Shown here piece by piece: positions 56,993 through 64,000 of a stretch of DNA of 64,000 bases. This DNA is from an uncultured Chloroflexia bacterium (GTDB lineage: Bacteria; Chloroflexota; Limnocylindria; Limnocylindrales; CSP1-4): contig CAVYIM010000005.1 of NCBI GenBank assembly GCA_963768655.1, forward strand, positions 352,001 to 416,000, given 5' to 3'. A program made the position numbers and the translations under genes. Positions within the stretch are counted from its first letter, which is position 1. Each line of letters starts with the position of its first letter. The notes below the pieces were generated by a model. The model saw only the letters and a program-made list of their open reading frames with translations. It made no database searches and was not told the origin of the DNA.

Positions 56993-57984
56993 GAGGCGGC
57001 CCTGGTCTTGCTCGGGTCGTCTTCCGATCGAGGTTCATCTGCCCGGGGAGGCTCGACCCGCGACGGGGAGCGCTTGTCCGATCGCTCTCTTGGAGGCGCC
57101 TCGGTCGAGGGACGAGGGACGCCGGTGCGAACACGCCGGGTCAGCGCCCGCAGGGACGGCGCGACGCGCCCGGGCCGTCTAGTCTCGCGGAGCAGACGGC
57201 GGCCCGCGACCTGCGGGTGGAGATGCCCCATCAGCGCCCGTGCCAGCTTGGGCTCATCGAGGTTGCGCACGATCCTCGCTCGTTCGACCAGGCTGATCTG
57301 GCCGCTCTCCTCGGACACGACGACGACGAGAGCATCGGTCTGCTCGGTCATGCCCAGAGCGGCCTTGTGGCGAGTCCCGAAGCGCTCCAGGGGGATCGTG
57401 GTCTCGGCTGACGGCAGCAGCGCCCCCGCTGCCAGGATCGTGTCGCCCCGAATCACGACGGCGCCGTCGTGGAGGGGCGTCTTGGGCGAGAAGATGGTGA
57501 CGAGCAGGTCGGCCGAGATGTCCGCATGGAGCATGACGCCCGTTTCGGCGATCTCCTGCACACCGGATTCGCGCTCGATGACGATGAGCGCGCCGTGGCC
57601 TTCGTGAGACAGGCGAGCCGCGGCGTTCGCGACTTCGGCCGCGATGTGGGTAGCTCTCGACTGCTCCGCCGGGGAGATGAGCCAGCCGAGCGAGCCCAGG
57701 CGGCCGATCCGGTCTAGGGCTCGCCGCAGCTCGGGCTGGAAGACGACGACCAGGGCAAAGAGGCCGACGTACGCCCCCGTCTGCAGAATGAGCGTCAGAA
57801 GGCGCAGATCGAAGGCGAGCGCGGCCCCGTACACGAGGAACAGCAGGCAAACCCCGACGACGAGCCGGACAGCACGAGTCCCCCTGATCAAGCTGAACAG
57901 CCAGTAGATCAGGAGCGCCGTGATGGCGATGTCAGCCACGACGTTGGGGCTGACCTTGTCCAGGGCCGACTGCAACAGTGGCAT
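56989..57984 (-). CDS. cdaA: Diadenylate cyclase
   Basis: 3 TM, VVFQPELRRAL, GALIVIER, PLHDGAVV, GTRHKAA, VSEESG. Confidence 0.95.
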   Translation of the reverse strand: MPLLQSALDKVSPNVVADIAITALLIYWLFSLIRGTRAVRLVVGVCLLFLVYGAALAFDLRLLTLILQTGAYVGLFALVVVFQPELRRALDRIGRLGSLGWLISPAEQSRATHIAAEVANAAARLSHEGHGALIVIERESGVQEIAETGVMLHADISADLLVTIFSPKTPLHDGAVVIRGDTILAAGALLPSAETTIPLERFGTRHKAALGMTEQTDALVVVVSEESGQISLVERARIVRNLDEPKLARALMGHLHPQVAGRRLLRETRRPGRVAPSLRALTRRVRTGVPRPSTEAPPRERSDKRSPSRVEPPRADEPRSEDDPSKTRAAS

Positions 57985-58172
57985 CGGACGGCTAGTGTAT
58001 ACCGCCGAGCCTCCGCGCCAGCCCGTGCGGAGAGCACGTGCGGCCGCTTCCGGCCGTGCCCTGCCGCCGATTCAGAGTCGCGGCGGGGTCGGGCCGGGCC
58101 CAGATCCAGCGGATCCGCAGTCGCGTCTGATCCGATCAGCCGTCGCCCGGGACGTGATCGGCGGAGCTCGTC

Positions 58173-59432
58173 CTACGCGCAGAGATGCTCCAGCGAGGGA
58201 TTCTGGGGGAAGGCGCGCGTCGCCGCGGCGCAGAGCCGCTGGCGAGTCTCCTCGTCGTTGTTGAGTTCCGCCAGCCGGCCGAGCAGCCGGAGCTTCTCGG
58301 CGGCGAGCCCGTCCCAGCTCCGGGCGACGTAGAGCTCGACCAGGACGAGATGGGCGTCGACGTCGCCTGGGGCACGCTGCAGCAGCCGATGGGTGGCGTC
58401 CAGCCCGGCCTCGAACCGACCTTCACGCGCATAGGCGCGGGCTGTCCACAGCAGGAGGGATCGAAGCGCCGTGTGGTCGCCCGCCAGATCGGCGGCTTCC
58501 GCCGCAGCCAACAGTTCGTCCCCGGTGGGCTGATGGTCGCTCTCATTGATCAGCCCCGACAGCATCGGAGGAACGTCGACGCCATCCATGACGCCCACCG
58601 ACGGCCGCTCGTCGGGAACGACGCGCCGCGGCTCCACTGATGCGACGGCGGCCGTGGGTTCGGGCTCGCCAGCCACCGGCAGCGATTCGGACTCGAACGC
58701 GAGGGCGACCGCCTCGGGTGCCGGCGGTCCCGGCTCGGGCTCGACCGCCACCGCGACCGCCTCGGCCGGCAGCGGTTCGGGTTCGGCTTCGGGCTGGGCA
58801 GCAGGCACGTCGCGGAAAGCGGGCGTGGCCGCCGCGTAGCTGCGCTCCGGTACGGCCACTCTGGCAAGGGCGGGGGCAGTCCCCTGGCCGGCCGCGAAGG
58901 CCAGCCCGGCAGCCGGGCGAAGAGCGTCGGCGCCTGGCTCCTCCCGCAGGCGCAGTGCCCGTGCCAGCAGTTGCTCGGCGGCATGGTCGCCGGCCGAGAA
59001 GCGGATCTCGCGCAGCAGGGCCCGCTGTCGCCTGATCCTGTCGGGCGCCTCTTCGAGCTCGACCGCGCGCCGGAGAGTGTCCGCGGCCTCGGGCAGCCGT
59101 CCGGCTGCTTCCTGGATCTCAGCCACGTGGTCAAGGGCCGCTGCCGCGTCGCTGCGCATGCCGGCGGCGGTGAGAGCTTCGGCCTGCCCGAGCAAGGCTC
59201 CCTCGTCGTGAGGGGACCGCGCCACGGCCGCGGCGAACTCCGTCAGGGCGTCCTCGAGATGCCCCAGCCGCATGTACACACCGCCCAGGCTGGTATGGGG
59301 AAGGGCGCGTGACGGGGCGATCTCGGCGGCGACCCGGTAGGCCGCCAGAGCCTCCTCCAGCGAGCCCCGCAGCACCGCCACGTGGCCAGTCCGAAGCGCT
59401 TCCTTGTAGCGCTCATAGAGATCGTCCGTCAT
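58173..59432 (-). CDS. Tetratricopeptide repeat protein
   Basis: TPR-like N- and C-terminal blocks separated by a P/E/A-rich linker; ATG 59432. Confidence 0.8.
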   Translation of the reverse strand: MTDDLYERYKEALRTGHVAVLRGSLEEALAAYRVAAEIAPSRALPHTSLGGVYMRLGHLEDALTEFAAAVARSPHDEGALLGQAEALTAAGMRSDAAAALDHVAEIQEAAGRLPEAADTLRRAVELEEAPDRIRRQRALLREIRFSAGDHAAEQLLARALRLREEPGADALRPAAGLAFAAGQGTAPALARVAVPERSYAAATPAFRDVPAAQPEAEPEPLPAEAVAVAVEPEPGPPAPEAVALAFESESLPVAGEPEPTAAVASVEPRRVVPDERPSVGVMDGVDVPPMLSGLINESDHQPTGDELLAAAEAADLAGDHTALRSLLLWTARAYAREGRFEAGLDATHRLLQRAPGDVDAHLVLVELYVARSWDGLAAEKLRLLGRLAELNNDEETRQRLCAAATRAFPQNPSLEHLCA

Positions 59433-59660
59433 AGCGCACATGATGACTTGCGGACGTCCCGGTGTCGAAAGTACCTGCGGACTGAGGCAATCCGCACTTC
59501 GTCCTACGCCAGGTGTCCGATATGGCCTGCGTAGCTCCGAACCGGGCGCCGCCGAGCCTGCAGACACAGCGCGGGGCCGGGTCGCGGACGCGACCGACCG
59601 CACCTAGACGTGTGTGAGCGAGGAGCAGAGGCCCCAACGACGCGATGCGCCGCGAGCCTG

Positions 59661-60049
59661 ATGCGTCGCCCCTGCGAGCCTGCCCCGTCGCCGCTGCGGC
59701 GAACGCAGTGCTAGGAGGAGCCGAGCACCGAAGCGAGAGGACTGAACGTCCGTGAGCAAGGCGCGGAGGCGACGACAACGCAATGCGTCGCCCCTGCGAG
59801 CCTGCCCCGTCGCCGCTGCGGCGAACGCAGTGCTAGGAGGAGCCGAGCACCGAAGCGAGCGGACTGAACGTCCGTGAGCAAGGCGCGGAGGCGACGACAA
59901 CGCAATGCGTCGCCCCTGCGAGCCTGCCCCGTCGCCGCTGCGGCGAACTCAGTGCTAGGAGGAGCCGAGCACCGAAGCGAGCGGACTGAACGTCCGTGAG
60001 CAAGGCGCGGAGGCGACGACAACGCAATGCGTCGCCCCAGCGGCGACTA
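59661..60049. repeat. Tandem array of three 122-bp palindromic (ERIC-like) units
   Basis: Units start at 59661, 59783, 59905; only 2 substitutions among copies; a degenerate relative at ~59570-59650. Confidence 0.95.
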
Positions 60050-60445
60050 TCGCTTGGTGTACTGAGGGGCCTTGCGGGCTCGCTTCAGCCCGTACTTCTT
60101 GCGTTCCTTCATCCGCGGATCGCGGGTCAGAAGACCAGCCTGGCGAAGCGGCAGCCGGTACCCTTCGGGGTCCATCTGAAGAAGGGCGCGGGCGATGCCG
60201 TGGCGGATGGCGCCGGCCTGGCCGGTGACCCCGCCGCCCTCGACCTTGATCTGGGCGTTGTAGGTACCCTCGGTTCCGGTGACCCGGAACGGCATGCGGA
60301 CGTCCGCCTCGTCGATGGCATTGCCGAAGTGCGCCTCGAGGGTTCGATCGTTGACGACGATCTCACCCGAGCCGGGGACGAGACGGACTCGCGCCACCGC
60401 GGTCTTGCGGCGACCGGTCCCGTAGAAGAAAGCTGCGGTAGTCAT
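60047..60445 (-). CDS. rpsI: 30S ribosomal protein S9
   Basis: [40 protein letters not shown]. Confidence 0.98.
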   Translation of the reverse strand: MTTAAFFYGTGRRKTAVARVRLVPGSGEIVVNDRTLEAHFGNAIDEADVRMPFRVTGTEGTYNAQIKVEGGGVTGQAGAIRHGIARALLQMDPEGYRLPLRQAGLLTRDPRMKERKKYGLKRARKAPQYTKR

Positions 60446-60456
60446 TGCGCTCCTCG

Positions 60457-60888
60457 TCAGGCCAGCGGCTCAGGTCGCTGAGCCTGGTGCGGGTGCTCGG
60501 GGCCGGCGTAGATCTTGAGCTTGGTCAGCTGCTGGGCGCCCAGTCGATTGTGCGGCAGCATCCCCTTGACGGCACGGCGGATGACTTCCTCTGGCCGGCG
60601 ATCCAGGAGATGCCCCAGGGTTTCCGCCTTGAGGCCGTGCGGGTAGCCGCTGTGGCGCATGTACAGCTTGGTTTCGCGCTTGTCAGAACTGACGGCAATC
60701 TTGCCGGCGTTCACGACGACGACATGGTCGCCCGAGTCCATGGTCGGGCTGTACATGGGTTTGTTCTTGCCTTCGAGCACTCGAGCGATGCGCGACGCCA
60801 GACGGCCGAGCGTCTCGTCCGTCGCGTCCACGACGTACCAGCGTCGCTCGATCTCGCTCTCACGGACCGTATATGTCTTGGCGGTCAT
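60457..60888 (-). CDS. rplM: 50S ribosomal protein L13
   Basis: [34 protein letters not shown]. Confidence 0.98.
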   Translation of the reverse strand: MTAKTYTVRESEIERRWYVVDATDETLGRLASRIARVLEGKNKPMYSPTMDSGDHVVVVNAGKIAVSSDKRETKLYMRHSGYPHGLKAETLGHLLDRRPEEVIRRAVKGMLPHNRLGAQQLTKLKIYAGPEHPHQAQRPEPLA

Positions 60889-61688
60889 CGTTCTCCGTTC
60901 GATCTGGCGGTCGTGCTTGCCGGCGCCGTCCCGCCCCTCGTGGGGCCCAGAACGACGCGCCTCAGGCAAAGGCCTTTCGCGGGGGCCGCGGCCCCGTTGA
61001 ACGCCGGTCGCCCCGACGCGAGCGCCGCGGCGACTGCCTCTTCATCTGTCCTGCCGTGACCGGCCTCGAGGAGAGCGGCCACGATCCTTCGCACCATCTG
61101 GCGGAGGAAGGCATCGGCCGCGACGTCGATCGTCACGAGCGACCCTTCCTTCCGGACGCGGACCCAATGCACGGTCCGGACCGGCTGCCGGTGCGCCGCC
61201 CCGAAGGCGCTGAAGTCGTGACGGCCAACCAGGACCGACCCGACCCGCTCCATCGCGGCGATACTCAACGGGTCCCGCACCCCGAGCGCATAACGCTCGC
61301 GGAGCGGGCTTCGCGGCCCGTTCCAGACGGTGTAGCGATACTCCCGATATCGCGCCGCGTGGCGTGGATGGAACCCGGCCGGTACGCGGCGCATCTCGCG
61401 AAGCGCCACGTCCGCTGGCAGCAGCGCATTGAGCGCCCTGGTCAGCTCCCTTGCCGGTCTACGCTGCGGATCGGTGAAGGCAATCACCTGCCCGCGAGCG
61501 TGGACTCCGGCGTCGGTTCGGCCCGCCGCCTGAACCCGGATCCGGCCTCCGCCGGAGATCCGCGCCAGCGCGGCTTCGAGTTCCCCCTGGACCGTCCGAG
61601 CCCCAGGTTGGACCTGGAACCCGGCGAAGTCCGTGCCGTCGTATTCAACCGTTGCGCGATACCGCAACGGCGGTGTCCTCTCGGACAC
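60885..61688 (-). CDS. truA: tRNA pseudouridine(38-40) synthase
   Basis: YDGTDFAGFQ, AGRTDAGVHA, HDFSAF, FLRQMVR, APAKGL. Confidence 0.96.
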   Translation of the reverse strand: MSERTPPLRYRATVEYDGTDFAGFQVQPGARTVQGELEAALARISGGGRIRVQAAGRTDAGVHARGQVIAFTDPQRRPARELTRALNALLPADVALREMRRVPAGFHPRHAARYREYRYTVWNGPRSPLRERYALGVRDPLSIAAMERVGSVLVGRHDFSAFGAAHRQPVRTVHWVRVRKEGSLVTIDVAADAFLRQMVRRIVAALLEAGHGRTDEEAVAAALASGRPAFNGAAAPAKGLCLRRVVLGPTRGGTAPASTTARSNGER

Positions 61689-61700
61689 CTCGCTAGCTGC

Positions 61701-61824
61701 TATATGGACGCTCCGACGCGGTCAGGGCTAGGCGCCGGCGAGGATCCAAGCGAGCGCACTTGAACGTGCGTGAGCGCCGGACCGGAGCCGGCAACGACGC
61801 CCTGGCTCGTCTGAGCGTCCATTA
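61701..61824. repeat. Single 124-bp palindromic ERIC-like element
   Basis: Terminal IR ATGGACGCTC/GAGCGTCCAT, nested stems, core AAGCGAGC-GCAC-loop-GTGC-GTGAGC shared with the 122-bp units. Confidence 0.75.
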
Positions 61825-62175
61825 CACCAACTCTATCTGGACCATCGGGGCCGAGTCGCCGAGACGCTGGCCGAGGTGGACGATTCGGGTGAACCCAGAC
61901 GTCCGGTCCGCATACTTGGGTGCAATCTCATCGAAGAGCTTGGTCACGACGAGCGGCTCGTTGGGGAACTCGGCTACGACCGCCCGCCGGGCCGACAGGT
62001 CGCCCCGCTTGGCCAGGGTGATCATCTTCTCGACCCGGCCGCTGATCTCCTTGGCCTTGGCCTCGGTGGTCTGGATCCGCTCGTAGCGGAGGACCGAGAC
62101 GGTGAGGTTCTTGTAGAGGGCCAGGCGCGGGCCCTGCTTGCGGCTGAGCTTCCGGCCGCCGATTCGATGGGCCAT
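61822..62175 (-). CDS. rplQ: 50S ribosomal protein L17
   Basis: GRKLSR, IQTTEAKAKE, GFTRI, RLGDSAPM. Confidence 0.98.
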   Translation of the reverse strand: MAHRIGGRKLSRKQGPRLALYKNLTVSVLRYERIQTTEAKAKEISGRVEKMITLAKRGDLSARRAVVAEFPNEPLVVTKLFDEIAPKYADRTSGFTRIVHLGQRLGDSAPMVQIELV

Positions 62176-62178
62176 GGC

Positions 62179-63189
62179 TCAGGCCTCCTCAGGGGGAAGG
62201 TCGTCGAACTGCTCCTCGTCTTCGACTTCGTCCATGTCGTCGCCGAGAGAGCTGTCTTCCGTTTCCGGCAGGATGAAGCCGCGCATGCGCAGCCTTTCCT
62301 TCATTTCGTCCAGTGACTTCTTGCCGAAGTTGCGCATTCGCAGCAGATCGTCGTCGGAGAGCTGGAGCAGCTGTCCGACCTTGACGATGTTGTTGCGCTT
62401 GAGCGAGTTGTAGGCCCGCATCGGCAGATCCAGTTCCTCGATCGGCATGTCCAGCATGTTCGGAGGAAGCTGCGGCACGTTGGTCGTCACGCGGTCGCTT
62501 CCGGCGGCGACCAGGCCGATGTTGGCGAAGAGTGAGAACTGGCGGACCAGGATATCGGCAGCCCGGCCGAGGGCTTCCTCGGGCGAGATAGTGCCGTCCG
62601 TCTCCAGCTCGATCGTCAGCTTGTCATAGTTGGTCATCTGCCCGACGCGCGTGTTCTCGACCGAGTAGTTGACCTTGCGGACTGGCGTGAAGATAGCGTC
62701 GACCGGAATGACACCGATGGGCATCGACTCGGCTCGCTCGGCGGCCAGGTAGCCGACGCCCTTCTCGACCGTCAGATCCATCTCGATGGTGACATCGTCG
62801 GAGTCGAGAGTCATGAGCTCGAGGTCGGGGTTGATGACCTCGACGTCGGCCGATTCCTGAATATCGGCGGCGGTCACGGTACCTGCGCCGGCCTTGATGA
62901 GCTTTAGCTGGACCGGGTGCGTCGCGAAGCTCTTGAGGCGGAGCTTCTTGACGTTGAGGACGATCTGGGTCACGTCCTCCTTCACGCCGGGGATGCTCGT
63001 GAATTCGTGGTAGACGTCGCGGATCTGGATCGCCGTAATGGCCGAGCCCTCCAGCGACGACAGCAGGACACGCCGCAAGGCATTTCCCAGCGTGACGCCG
63101 TAGCCGGCCGGCAGCGGGCTGGCCTCGTACTTGGCGTACGAGCCGAGTTCCTCGATGGGCGCGATCTGCGGGCTCTCGAGTTCGATCAT
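62179..63189 (-). CDS. rpoA: RNA polymerase alpha subunit
   Basis: GYGVTLGNALRRVLLSS, HEFTSIPGVKED, VDAIFTPV, RAYNSLKR, RNFGKKSL. Confidence 0.98.
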   Translation of the reverse strand: MIELESPQIAPIEELGSYAKYEASPLPAGYGVTLGNALRRVLLSSLEGSAITAIQIRDVYHEFTSIPGVKEDVTQIVLNVKKLRLKSFATHPVQLKLIKAGAGTVTAADIQESADVEVINPDLELMTLDSDDVTIEMDLTVEKGVGYLAAERAESMPIGVIPVDAIFTPVRKVNYSVENTRVGQMTNYDKLTIELETDGTISPEEALGRAADILVRQFSLFANIGLVAAGSDRVTTNVPQLPPNMLDMPIEELDLPMRAYNSLKRNNIVKVGQLLQLSDDDLLRMRNFGKKSLDEMKERLRMRGFILPETEDSSLGDDMDEVEDEEQFDDLPPEEA

Positions 63190-63198
63190 AGGTGGGCC

Positions 63199-63825
63199 TT
63201 ACCTCGAGTAGTACTCGACCACGAGCTGCTCGTTGAGGTCCAGCGGCATCTGGTCGCGGCGCGGGGCGGTCAGCACGGATCCGGCGAGCTTCGCCGCATC
63301 AACGCTGAGCCACTCCGGAACCTGGCGCGACTTGATGAGCTCCGCAGCCTCCTTGAAGGGCTCACGGGTTCGGTGCGTCTCGCGCACCTCGATCTTGTCG
63401 CCGGGGCGCAGATGCAGCGACGGGATGTTCGAAACGCGACCGTTCACTGTGAAGTGAGCGTGCCCCACCAGCTGGCGCGCCTCGGCGCGCGAAGCCGCGA
63501 AGCCCATCCGGTACACGACGTTGTCCATGCGCAGCTCGAGCATTCGAAGGAGGTTCTCACCGGTGACACCGGGCGTAGAACTGGCTGTTTCGAAATAGCC
63601 CTTGAACTGGCGCTCGAGGACGCTGTAGACGCGCCTGATCTTCTGCTTCTCGCGCAGCTGCATGCCGTACTCGCCAACCTTCCGGCGGCGGATTCCATGC
63701 TGGCCGGGAGGCGCCTGCCGGCGTTCGAAGGCGCATTTCTTGGAGTAGCAGCGGGTCCCCTTGAGGAAGAGCTTGGTGCCTTCCCGGCGGCAGATCCGGC
63801 AAACTGGATCGGTGTAGCGGGCCAT
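63199..63825 (-). CDS. rpsD: 30S ribosomal protein S4
   Basis: [41 protein letters not shown]. Confidence 0.98.
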   Translation of the reverse strand: MARYTDPVCRICRREGTKLFLKGTRCYSKKCAFERRQAPPGQHGIRRRKVGEYGMQLREKQKIRRVYSVLERQFKGYFETASSTPGVTGENLLRMLELRMDNVVYRMGFAASRAEARQLVGHAHFTVNGRVSNIPSLHLRPGDKIEVRETHRTREPFKEAAELIKSRQVPEWLSVDAAKLAGSVLTAPRRDQMPLDLNEQLVVEYYSR

Positions 63826-63837
63826 CTATCGTCCTGC

Positions 63838-64000
63838 CTAGACCCGGCGCCGCTTGGGCGGGCGGCAGCCGTTGTGAGGGACGGGAGTGACGTCCGTGAT
63901 CGCGCTCACCTCGAGACCGGCTGCCTGGAGCGACCGGATGGCCTGCTCACGGCCGGCACCCGGCCCCTTCACGTATACCTCCACCTGGCGCATGCCATGC
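63838..64000 (-). CDS. rpsK: 30S ribosomal protein S11 (5' part outside window)
   Basis: [15 protein letters not shown]...[18 protein letters not shown]. Confidence 0.97.
   Translation of the reverse strand, partial: HGMRQVEVYVKGPGAGREQAIRSLQAAGLEVSAITDVTPVPHNGCRPPKRRRV

Noticed and set aside
59661-60049. CRISPR array
   Set aside because: Units are near-identical along all 122 bp with no unique spacers; no cas genes in the window.
59661-60049. Tandem hammerhead ribozymes
   Set aside because: CTGAACG does not match the CUGANGA core and there is no correctly placed GAAA.

Overview
Very GC-rich bacterial chromosomal window. The alpha2-type GlyRS, the cdaA-cdaR-glmM cluster and an orphan GlmL-like gene suggest a Chloroflexota-like organism; this is inference only. 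The left ~24 kb is accessory: partial glutamate decarboxylase, two MFS transporters, a lipoprotein, an SGNH hydrolase, a membrane GAF-EAL phosphodiesterase, PMI, LLM/AKR oxidoreductases, NUDIX, an ABC ATPase, an XRE-TPR regulator, DUF72, a decayed MerR gene, an XRE-nuclease-like gene and a GH53 galactanase. The middle holds ppdK divergent from nfnAB-like genes, GT87, glyQS, recO and a polyprenyl synthase. The right ~27 kb is a minus-strand housekeeping run: rpsK-rpsD-rpoA-rplQ-truA-rplM-rpsI, TPR, cdaA-cdaR-glmM-glmS-acpS-nnrD-alr, a GlmL-like module, and tsaE-tsaB-rimI-tsaD-rsmA-ispE-ridA-glmU-CNNM. Top finding: an unannotated 40-aa secreted propeptide (signal peptide + DGGPTIIPR, 14418-14540) divergent from an HTH-TPR regulator, the layout of an RRNPP-type peptide signalling system, apparently outside Bacillota. 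Other highlights: the GH53 gene is bracketed by a 131-bp duplication of the ppdK 3' end plus terminator (integration scar); ~120-bp ERIC-like palindromic elements end in the TA of ribosomal-protein stop codons; a MITE-like element; orphan immunity-like genes; and many leaderless-type promoters. Several housekeeping genes carry +1 indels that are probably sequencing errors. No rRNA, tRNA or CRISPR was seen. Family assignments come from motif recognition, not database searches.
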